Virus record (IMG/VR): IMGVR_UViG_3300007345_000027
Coordinates: 33,090-97,089 of that record
Strand: one strand, 5' to 3'
DNA from: a virus
Length of the DNA stretch: 64,000 bases
The position numbers and the translations under genes are program-made. Of this stretch, positions 57,197 to 64,000 are shown piece by piece. The notes beneath the pieces are model-generated. The model was given only the letters and a program-made list of their open reading frames with translations, searched no databases and was not told the DNA's origin. How positions within the stretch are numbered: the stretch's first letter is position 1; each line of letters opens with the position of its first letter.

Positions 57197-58152
57197 ATCC
57201 TCTTCTTATTGTAGGTGATCCTTCTGGTTTACACTCCCTTACTGCTATGAAGAGGGGGTGGAAACCAGAAAATATTTGGGTTTGGGAGAATGATCCAACA
57301 CATTTTTACACAATTAAACAACAACATGCTAAAATAAATCTAGTAGAGGATTTTGGGGAGTTAAAGTATATGAATAAGAGATTTATTTCCATTGGCAATC
57401 CCCCATTTTCAGACCGATCAAAAACAAATAGTTCGAAATCTCCCGATCTAGACTCTTTGTTTGTATTGGAATGTATGGAAATAAGTTGTTATATTAAAAT
57501 GATCATTAGATCAAAGCATTTTACAAATCCAAAATCTAACTTTAGAAAAAAATTATTTTCTAGTGGGCATGTAAAATCAATTATTAGAGTTGATGATAGT
57601 GCATTTCCAATTCAAAATACAGAAACTTGTATCTTAGAATGGGATGAAACCTATACTGGACCCACAAAAATTAAATATAAAAACGGTGAAATTTTTGAAA
57701 AATATCTTGATAAAGATACTGTTATCAAACTAGATAATCCAGATTTTGTTGCAGAGGTTGAAAACAATCTTGCACACAGGTGGGTTAGGGGAAAATTGAA
57801 TAGAAATAAAATTGTTCCTGGAAATTCTCCTATGGTAGAGGTTTGTGGTACAGGAGAAACACCAGTAATTCAAAATATTGAACCTGGATTGGAAGAAACC
57901 GCTAGAAATGTTCATGGTGTAGTGATCAACGTTGCTGCTGACTGGGGATCTTTAGGTAAAGTTATGATAAAACCATATGAAGCATCTATCAGTAGCAGTG
58001 TAATGTGCCTCAAAACAGATTCTGAGGAAGAATCTATTCAACTCCGCGATTACTTACTTTCTGATAAAATATCAGAAATTGTGAAATTGAATATGCCATC
58101 GTTTCACCCGACCAAAGACCTTTTTAAGAAAATTAAAGACCCTTTTAAATGA
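57193..58152 (+). CDS. amino-methyltransferase catalytic/specificity-domain protein, cassette 1
   Basis: Motif IV IGNPPF, downstream LDSLFV...FRKKLF...AFP...TCILEW, long C-terminal TRD-like region; GTG start overlaps the helicase stop. Confidence 0.7.
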   Translation: MNPLLIVGDPSGLHSLTAMKRGWKPENIWVWENDPTHFYTIKQQHAKINLVEDFGELKYMNKRFISIGNPPFSDRSKTNSSKSPDLDSLFVLECMEISCYIKMIIRSKHFTNPKSNFRKKLFSSGHVKSIIRVDDSAFPIQNTETCILEWDETYTGPTKIKYKNGEIFEKYLDKDTVIKLDNPDFVAEVENNLAHRWVRGKLNRNKIVPGNSPMVEVCGTGETPVIQNIEPGLEETARNVHGVVINVAADWGSLGKVMIKPYEASISSSVMCLKTDSEEESIQLRDYLLSDKISEIVKLNMPSFHPTKDLFKKIKDPFK

Positions 58153-58901
58153 ATCTTCTCCTTATTGTTGGTGATCCTTCTGGTTTGCACTCTCTTTCTG
58201 CATTGAAAGATGGATGGAAACCTGAAAATATTTGGGTTTGGGAAGACAATCCTGCACACATCTATGCAATTCGACAACAACATGCTAAAATAAATGTAAC
58301 GGAAGATCTAGATCATCTTATTCAACAAAAAATGCGTTTTACATTAGCAATCGGCAACCCTCCATATGGAGTTGGTGCAAATCTAGCAATTAAGTTTCTG
58401 AATAAAACTTCAGAACTTACTGATGATATTCGATTTGTGTTGCCAACTTCTGTTCGTAAACCATCTTCTCTGAATAAGATATCTTTTAATCTACATTGTG
58501 TTGTGGATCAAGATCTCGATGCTTCTACTTTTCCTGGTGGTATTAGTGCAGTAAAACAACACTGGGTTGTAAAGGAAGAAAAGCGTGAAAAGATTTTCAT
58601 GCACAAATCACACCCAGATTTTGAATTTCTTTCATATGAAAAGCGATTCGATGCTGATGTTTTCATTGGTGAATATGGATGTGGACCTAGTGGGCGAGTA
58701 AAAACTGAAAATTTCACTCACTATGCGAAAGGGCATCATTTTATTAAGGTTCATAATCAGAAGGTGATTGAAAACTTTCTAGAATTTGCTCCTAGATTTA
58801 GAGAAGTTGCAAATCAATGTAATGGAAGATATCATTTTGGTAAGAATGATCTTATTTCAACGTACATAGAGTGTTTAGAGGAAAAGAATGAGCAAAAATA
58901 A
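58149..58901 (+). CDS. amino-methyltransferase catalytic/specificity-domain protein, cassette 2
   Basis: Motif IV AIGNPPYG..ANLAIKFLNK...IRFVLP; N-terminal ~52 aa paralogous to cassette 1. Confidence 0.75.
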   Translation: MNLLLIVGDPSGLHSLSALKDGWKPENIWVWEDNPAHIYAIRQQHAKINVTEDLDHLIQQKMRFTLAIGNPPYGVGANLAIKFLNKTSELTDDIRFVLPTSVRKPSSLNKISFNLHCVVDQDLDASTFPGGISAVKQHWVVKEEKREKIFMHKSHPDFEFLSYEKRFDADVFIGEYGCGPSGRVKTENFTHYAKGHHFIKVHNQKVIENFLEFAPRFREVANQCNGRYHFGKNDLISTYIECLEEKNEQK

Positions 58902-59364
58902 ACATAATCAAGATGTTGGATCTACAATCGAAAGATCTGATGAACGTATTGCAGAAACTCAAGAGGTATTCACTCCAGCAGAACTATGCGAATCTATGGT
59001 TTCTGAGATTGAAGAAGAGTTATTGAAAGATCCTTCCTCTACTTTTCTTGATAACTCTGCTGGTTGTGGTAATTTTATTGTTGCTCTAATCAATAAACTC
59101 TCAGAATATCACGATCGCCATTATGTAATTGATAATATGGTTTATGCTGTTGAGTTGATGGAAGACAATCATAAAGAAATGTGTGAGAGAGTTGGTGTTC
59201 CTATTGACCATCCACATTATGTGTGCCATGATGCTCTCACCTATGATTATGGGTTTGGTGAACCAGTTGCATTGGAAGATCAATTAGGAATAATTCCTCA
59301 AGCAAAGGGAGAAAAACCAAAACCTCCTAGTAAAGATCCTAGTGAGGCACGACTGCCTTTGTAA
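58888..59364 (+). CDS. methyltransferase SAM-binding half (motifs X, I, II only)
   Basis: ERIAETQEVFTPAELCESMV, FLDNSAGCGNF, YAVELMEDN, CHDALTYDY; no NPPY/DPPY motif. Confidence 0.75.
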   Translation: MSKNKHNQDVGSTIERSDERIAETQEVFTPAELCESMVSEIEEELLKDPSSTFLDNSAGCGNFIVALINKLSEYHDRHYVIDNMVYAVELMEDNHKEMCERVGVPIDHPHYVCHDALTYDYGFGEPVALEDQLGIIPQAKGEKPKPPSKDPSEARLPL

Positions 59365-59375
59365 AACCAGTTTAT

Positions 59376-59420
59376 AGACCGTTCACTGGGTTTCCTGGTG
59401 GGCGGTTTTCTGCTATAATA
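59376..59420 (+). promoter_or_regulatory. stem-loop fused to an extended -10 element
   Basis: AGACCGTTCACTGGG-TTT-CCTGGTGGGCGGTTT (15 bp including G-U pairs) then TCTGCTATAATA. Confidence 0.65.
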
Positions 59421-59445
59421 TATCCATACTGAACAGGACACACAC

Positions 59446-60630
59446 TTGACCATCACACTTCGACCACACCAGCATGAAGCAGTTAATGCGATGTGGCAGA
59501 ACAACAAAGGTCAGGTGATCATTCCTACGGGTGGTGGCAAGACTATTTGCATGATCGATGATGCCATTACTAATATGGAAGTCAGGCATCATGGGCAAAC
59601 TTTTGTTGTTGTTGCTCCTCGGATTCTTCTTGCAGAACAACTCTGTAAAGAGTTTCTTGAGATGGTTTCACCCGCCCACAATGCCCATGTGATGCACGTT
59701 CACAGTGGTGATGTTGAGTTTTTCCACACCACCAAACCCGAGAAGATTCATCTTTTTGCAAACACTGCACGAACTGCTGGTGAGAATGTAATCATCTTCA
59801 CTACATATCACTCCCTTCATAAAGTTCAGGAGGCAGACATTGAAGTCAATACGATTTACTTTGATGAAGCGCATAATTCTGTGCAGAGAAACTTTTTCCC
59901 TGCTACGGAACACTTTGCTTCTGAGTCTGATCGGTGTTATTTCTTCACTGCTACTCCTAAGCATTCTGTTACTGTTTTCAAACCAGGGATGAATGATGTT
60001 GAGATTTATGGGCAGGTTATTTGCAATGTTCCTGCACCTAAATTGGTTGAAGAGGGTTACATTCTTCCTCCGAAAGTTGTGGTTCAAGAACTTCCTCAGG
60101 GTGATCTGAAGCAATCTGATGACAAGAATCTGCTGGATACTATTGATGCAAATTCTCTGAACAAGATTTTGATTGCTGCACGTTCTACCAAGCAAATTGT
60201 TCGCCTTATCCAAGAGACTACCTTCTGCTCCGAACTTGCTGGGCGTGGTTATTCTTGGATGGTGATTACTTCCAAGACTGGTGCAATCATTGACGGTAAG
60301 AAAGTTACTCGTGAAGAGTTTTTCAAAACTTTGAACACTTGGGGAAAAGATTCTGAGAAAAAGTTTGTTGTGATTCACCACTCTATCCTTTCTGAGGGTA
60401 TGAACGTCAAGGGATTGGAAGCGGTGCTGTTCATGCGGAACATGGACTACATCGGAATCTCCCAATCAATCGGGCGTGTGATCCGCCTAGGAGGCGCTGA
60501 GAAGGCGTTTGGATTGGTTTGTGTGCCTGTGTTTGATAAGGTTGGTATCAGCACTGCTAGGAGCGTTCAGGCGGTTGTGGATACCGTGTTCCAGCAGGGA
60601 GAGCCAGCGATTTCCGTTGTGCGGCGCTGA
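59446..60630 (+). CDS. SF2 DEAH helicase (ResIII-like)
   Basis: LRPHQ, IPTGGGKT, VVVAPRILLAEQL, TTYHSL, FDEAHN, FTATP, ILSEGMN, QSIGRVIR; TTG start. Confidence 0.9.
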   Translation: MTITLRPHQHEAVNAMWQNNKGQVIIPTGGGKTICMIDDAITNMEVRHHGQTFVVVAPRILLAEQLCKEFLEMVSPAHNAHVMHVHSGDVEFFHTTKPEKIHLFANTARTAGENVIIFTTYHSLHKVQEADIEVNTIYFDEAHNSVQRNFFPATEHFASESDRCYFFTATPKHSVTVFKPGMNDVEIYGQVICNVPAPKLVEEGYILPPKVVVQELPQGDLKQSDDKNLLDTIDANSLNKILIAARSTKQIVRLIQETTFCSELAGRGYSWMVITSKTGAIIDGKKVTREEFFKTLNTWGKDSEKKFVVIHHSILSEGMNVKGLEAVLFMRNMDYIGISQSIGRVIRLGGAEKAFGLVCVPVFDKVGISTARSVQAVVDTVFQQGEPAISVVRR

Positions 60631-60641
60631 TACTGTCCACC

Positions 60642-60675
60642 AGGAGCAGAATCTCTGCTCCTCTCTGCTATAATA
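60642..60675 (+). promoter_or_regulatory. stem-loop fused to an extended -10 element
   Basis: AGGAGCAGA-ATC-TCTGCTCCT then CTCTGCTATAATA. Confidence 0.65.
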
Positions 60676-60697
60676 CTAAAGTAATCAAAAGTTAATC

Positions 60698-60838
60698 ATG
60701 AACTTCATTGTTGAGTTGTACGTTGCTGGACGTGTGTTTAAGGAAGAAGTGTATGCAGCAAATGCACAAGATGCTCGTCAAACTGCAATTGCTCGTAATC
60801 CTACGGCAAAAGTTATTGGAGTTAATGTTAAATTCTGA
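60698..60838 (+). CDS. small early hypothetical protein (46 aa)
   Basis: Not in the ORF track; MNFIVELYVAGRVFKEEVYAANAQDARQTAIARNPTAKVIGVNVKF, directly after the promoter. Confidence 0.7.
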   Translation: MNFIVELYVAGRVFKEEVYAANAQDARQTAIARNPTAKVIGVNVKF

Positions 60839-60843
60839 TTTTA

Positions 60844-61089
60844 ATGAGTAATAAATTTTTAAAGCCTTTTATTCCAAATCCCAAAATTCTTGATCCAAAA
60901 GTGGGAGATCCTCTTGGTTATGTAACAAATGATGGACTTTGGGCATCAATTCCTTATGGAAAAAAGTATATGGTTATACATAATGGAAACCAGGACCGTA
61001 TTTTTAACACTTATAAACAATCTGTCGACTATATCAAAAAATCCATTAAGATGTCTAAAAAGAAAGGTCCAATAGACAATTTTTTCTAA
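60844..61089 (+). CDS. hypothetical protein
   Basis: Tightly packed ORF; GYVTNDGLWA.IP...MVIHNG.Q pattern seen in cyanophage small proteins. Confidence 0.6.
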   Translation: MSNKFLKPFIPNPKILDPKVGDPLGYVTNDGLWASIPYGKKYMVIHNGNQDRIFNTYKQSVDYIKKSIKMSKKKGPIDNFF

Positions 61090-61090
61090 A

Positions 61091-61357
61091 ATGATAAATG
61101 TTTCACCCCCCTTTGCAATTTGGTTTGTTCTTTTTGCTCTTGTTGGATATTTTATTGTAACAGATCCATCTGTAGCTAAAGCATTCTATTATGTACTTGA
61201 ATTGCTACAAGCAAAATACAGAAAAACTATGTGGTGGTTGATTCATAATCCCAGCAATCCTATTGTTAAATGGATGATATATCGTAAAAATTTGAAACTT
61301 GCAAAAGAATTACGTGCAAAGATTGATAAGAAATTAGCGGAAAATGAAATTCGGTAA
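61091..61357 (+). CDS. hypothetical membrane protein
   Basis: N-terminal hydrophobic helix; WWLIHNPSNPIVKW. Confidence 0.6.
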   Translation: MINVSPPFAIWFVLFALVGYFIVTDPSVAKAFYYVLELLQAKYRKTMWWLIHNPSNPIVKWMIYRKNLKLAKELRAKIDKKLAENEIR

Positions 61358-61946
61358 AAAATTGATATTTGATAATAATTTTATCGTTTCTCAAGGTAAT
61401 ATTTTAACAAAAGATCAATGTAATGATATTATTGAATATTTTGAGAAAAAATATCCTTTACAGATAGATTCAAATTATGAATATTGTGATTTGAATCTGA
61501 TAGATGAATATTCAAAATATATTGTGTTTGGAAAATATCATTTGAGTGATATTAATATTGAACCAGAAATTAGATCTATAATTAATTCTTTAAATGTAAC
61601 AGAAAAAAAATATTTTGATACCTTTCCAGATATTTCTTCTTTATTTGAGGGATATGGTGGAGAACTAAGATTATTTTCATTTCGGTTTAAAAAATTTAAA
61701 CCTGGAAATTCCTTTAACGCATGGCATTCCGAGTATAATTTGAGTAGAAAGAATATTATTTTATCTTCTATCATTTATCTATCAGATAATATGTCTTCCA
61801 CTGAGTTCTATAGATATGGTAATATTAAATCTGATTGTGGAACTGTTGCAATGTTTCCATCATTTTTTACACATGTCCATAGAGGAAATTCTTGTAAACT
61901 GGAACGAACTAGATACATAATTAGTGCATATTATTATCTTGTATGA
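61344..61946 (+). CDS. 2OG-Fe(II) oxygenase (prolyl-hydroxylase-like)
   Basis: WHSE, IIYLSD, TEF, MFPSFFTHVHRG, RYII. Confidence 0.8.
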   Translation: MKFGKKLIFDNNFIVSQGNILTKDQCNDIIEYFEKKYPLQIDSNYEYCDLNLIDEYSKYIVFGKYHLSDINIEPEIRSIINSLNVTEKKYFDTFPDISSLFEGYGGELRLFSFRFKKFKPGNSFNAWHSEYNLSRKNIILSSIIYLSDNMSSTEFYRYGNIKSDCGTVAMFPSFFTHVHRGNSCKLERTRYIISAYYYLV

Positions 61947-62614
61947 AAGAAATAAAATTAGATCGTGATGTAAAAAAGGAAGAGAATTTTACTTTAGTTG
62001 ACGGTTCATTTTCTTTCGATCATATTTTTTCTATACCAATTCTTACAATAAAAGTTAAAGATTGGGATAAGAAGGGTAAATATTTAATGAAATATTACCT
62101 AAAACAATCTGAATCTAATAAGATGTATGAAAGGGGTGGTGAGTTATTAACTTCATACCGCCATAACTTTGATATGAAAGATCATGAACAATTAGATGCT
62201 TGGATGGAGGAGCAGGATAAATTCTGTCAAAATATAGAGAATATATTTGAAGAAGAGTTATCTTTAATATACGATAAGATGATAAAACCATATGACCATC
62301 TTTCATTGAGAAAATTGAGAATTGATTCATCTTGGTTTCAAAATCAAAATAATGGAACTTCACATAGTATTCATACGCATGGATCTAATGGATTAAGTGC
62401 AGTTTGTTATGTCAAATATGATGAAAAATATCATACTCCAACAGTGTTTATTTCTCCACATTTTAATAGTGTTAAAAATATAAACATGGAGTGGTCACCC
62501 GAAAGATGTACTGAAGGTACATTGGTTGTTTTTCCTTCTAATATTTTACATTACACACATCCAAATACTAGTGATATTAGTAGAGTTATTTTATCTTTTA
62601 ATTTAATGGGTTAG
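61943..62614 (+). CDS. 2OG-Fe(II) oxygenase (TIGR02466-like)
   Basis: HSIHTH, LSAVCYV, EGTLVVFPSNILH, RVILSFN. Confidence 0.8.
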   Translation: MKEIKLDRDVKKEENFTLVDGSFSFDHIFSIPILTIKVKDWDKKGKYLMKYYLKQSESNKMYERGGELLTSYRHNFDMKDHEQLDAWMEEQDKFCQNIENIFEEELSLIYDKMIKPYDHLSLRKLRIDSSWFQNQNNGTSHSIHTHGSNGLSAVCYVKYDEKYHTPTVFISPHFNSVKNINMEWSPERCTEGTLVVFPSNILHYTHPNTSDISRVILSFNLMG

Positions 62615-62638
62615 AATATGACTAGATAATTTAGAGTT

Positions 62639-63130
62639 ATGTTTTTTATGCCAAAGCAATGTTTAGATATTGAGTTAGGTAAAACAATTCTTGTTTTAAA
62701 TTCTAGTTATGAACCTATCAACATTACTAATTGGAAAAGAGCAGTAGTCCTTCTTTTAAAAGAAAAAGCACAAGTTTTATCTAAAAGAGTTATTAGACTT
62801 CTAAATTATGTTAAGATACCAATCGCAAAAATAGCATCAAATAGACCTAGTAAATCTCTTATATACAAAAGAGATAAAAATAAATGTCAGTATTGTGGAT
62901 CTACTAAAAATCTAACAATAGATCATGTTATCCCCAGATGTAAAGGTGGGAAAGACACATGGGATAACCTTGTTGTTGCTTGTTCTACTTGTAATGTTAA
63001 GAAAGGGCATAAAACACTAGAACAAGTTAATATGAGACTTGTTTCTAAACCAAAAGCATACTATAATTCCATTGAAATCACTTTAAAACACAATCAAGTT
63101 ACTGAATGGGGTGATTACGTTTTCACCTAG
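62639..63130 (+). CDS. HNH endonuclease (McrA-like, Zn-binding)
   Basis: LVLNSSYEP, RD..KCQYCG, LTIDHVIP, GG.DTWDNLV.ACSTCN..KG. Confidence 0.9.
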   Translation: MFFMPKQCLDIELGKTILVLNSSYEPINITNWKRAVVLLLKEKAQVLSKRVIRLLNYVKIPIAKIASNRPSKSLIYKRDKNKCQYCGSTKNLTIDHVIPRCKGGKDTWDNLVVACSTCNVKKGHKTLEQVNMRLVSKPKAYYNSIEITLKHNQVTEWGDYVFT

Positions 63131-63152
63131 ATAAGTAACTTAAATTAATACC

Positions 63153-63827
63153 ATGAAATTTTTTACTAAATTATTCTCTGTTGGGCTGGGTTTAGTCGCT
63201 TTATCTTCTCAGGTATTAGCGAATCCAAAACTTGAAAAGGGATACCGTACTATGGATTCTATGGGGTGCATGTTACTAAGAGAATGTACGGACAATGTCA
63301 AACGAATCACAAGTATTCAAGATATTAAAGATCGCTATCCCTATAGTGATTACAGTAGCGTTGATGATGAGTTTAATGACATCATCAACGCCTTTAATAA
63401 GATCGGAGTTGGGGTTTTTCTAGCGGATTCAAAGTATTTCCCAATTGGACATAGAGGTGTTTATCACACTGTTACCAATAATTTCTTCCTCAATGATTTT
63501 CATATGCATCGTCAGAGTACTCTTATGTCTGTGACTAGACATGAAGGATGGCACGCTGCTCAGGATTGTATGGCAGGGACTATTGATAATAGTTTGATTG
63601 CCATCATTAAACCCGAAGATGAAGTTCCCATGATCTGGCGTACAATGGCAGAGCGTACTTATCCTAAGTCTGCTGTACCCTGGGAAGCAGAGGCATCGTG
63701 GGCAGGTCGTACTGAAGGAATGACAGCAAAAGCACTAGAAGCATGTGCAACTGGTGCTATGTGGGAAGTATATGAACCAACTCCTCTGACGCGTGAGTAT
63801 CTTGAAAAGGAGGGTTATATTAAATGA
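63153..63827 (+). CDS. conserved protein with signal peptide-like N-terminus and HExxH metallopeptidase-like motif
   Basis: Hydrophobic N-terminus; RHEGWHAAQDCM and downstream WEAEA. Confidence 0.6.
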   Translation: MKFFTKLFSVGLGLVALSSQVLANPKLEKGYRTMDSMGCMLLRECTDNVKRITSIQDIKDRYPYSDYSSVDDEFNDIINAFNKIGVGVFLADSKYFPIGHRGVYHTVTNNFFLNDFHMHRQSTLMSVTRHEGWHAAQDCMAGTIDNSLIAIIKPEDEVPMIWRTMAERTYPKSAVPWEAEASWAGRTEGMTAKALEACATGAMWEVYEPTPLTREYLEKEGYIK

Positions 63828-63961
63828 ATCCATTGGAAATTAAAGAGAATGAAATAAGAGAGTATAGAATTTATGAACTTGAAAAAAGATTGAATAATCT
63901 TGAAGAAAAACATGATCAATTGATTAGATCGTTGAAAATTGAATTTTATAAAGGAAAATAA
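63824..63961 (+). CDS. small coiled-coil hypothetical protein (45 aa)
   Basis: ATG overlaps the upstream stop; MNPLEIKENEIREYRIYELEKRLNNLEEKHDQLIRSLKIEFYKGK; its stop overlaps the next ATG at 63961. Confidence 0.5.
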   Translation: MNPLEIKENEIREYRIYELEKRLNNLEEKHDQLIRSLKIEFYKGK

Positions 63962-64000
63962 TGCCAAGGTCTAAAGCAACAACAAAACCTAAAGCAACAA

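Noticed and set aside
59668-60465. 265-aa antisense ORF over the second helicase (likewise 55304..55798 and 56198..56836)
   Set aside because: Shadow ORFs of genes with strong codon bias.
62639-63130. HNH gene as a homing endonuclease in an intron or an RNA-guided (IscB/HEARO-type) element
   Set aside because: It does not interrupt a gene, has no RuvC motifs, and the flanks (about 22-24 bp) leave no room for a structured RNA.

Overview
AT-rich segment of a large T4-like myovirus genome, most consistent with a cyanophage (Kyanoviridae-type gene order and protein families); standard genetic code. Layout: (1) 1-3.6 kb replication and late-transcription block (2OG-Fe(II) oxygenase-like ORF, PD-(D/E)xK exonuclease, gp33, gp59, gp32). 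(2) 3.7-19 kb baseplate/tail block (gp53, gp48, gp2, gp4, gp54-like, gp26, small gp51-like ORF, tape-measure-like protein, M23/RlpA protein, hub protein, gp5 pieces). (3) 19-40 kb fibre and receptor-binding block (two collagen-like G-X-Q fibre genes, reelin-like domains, subtilase-RCC1 fusion, two more RCC1 proteins, LamG protein). (4) 40.2-41.4 kb sigma70-promoter island (Phd/YefM-like ORF, an unassigned ~173-nt structured RNA, two tRNAs). (5) 41.4-54.9 kb two giant repeat-rich fibre genes. (6) 55-64 kb accessory region (split helicase/methyltransferase RM-like module, second SF2 helicase, 2OG oxygenases, HNH). Strongest candidates for undescribed biology: a complete -1 programmed frameshift signal joining gp26 to the gp51-like ORF just upstream of the tape-measure-like gene (lambda G/GT-like arrangement), the unassigned structured ncRNA in front of two putative AUA-reading tRNAs, and the split RM-like module with two tandem specificity cassettes. 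All family assignments are by motif recognition from memory; no database search was run.
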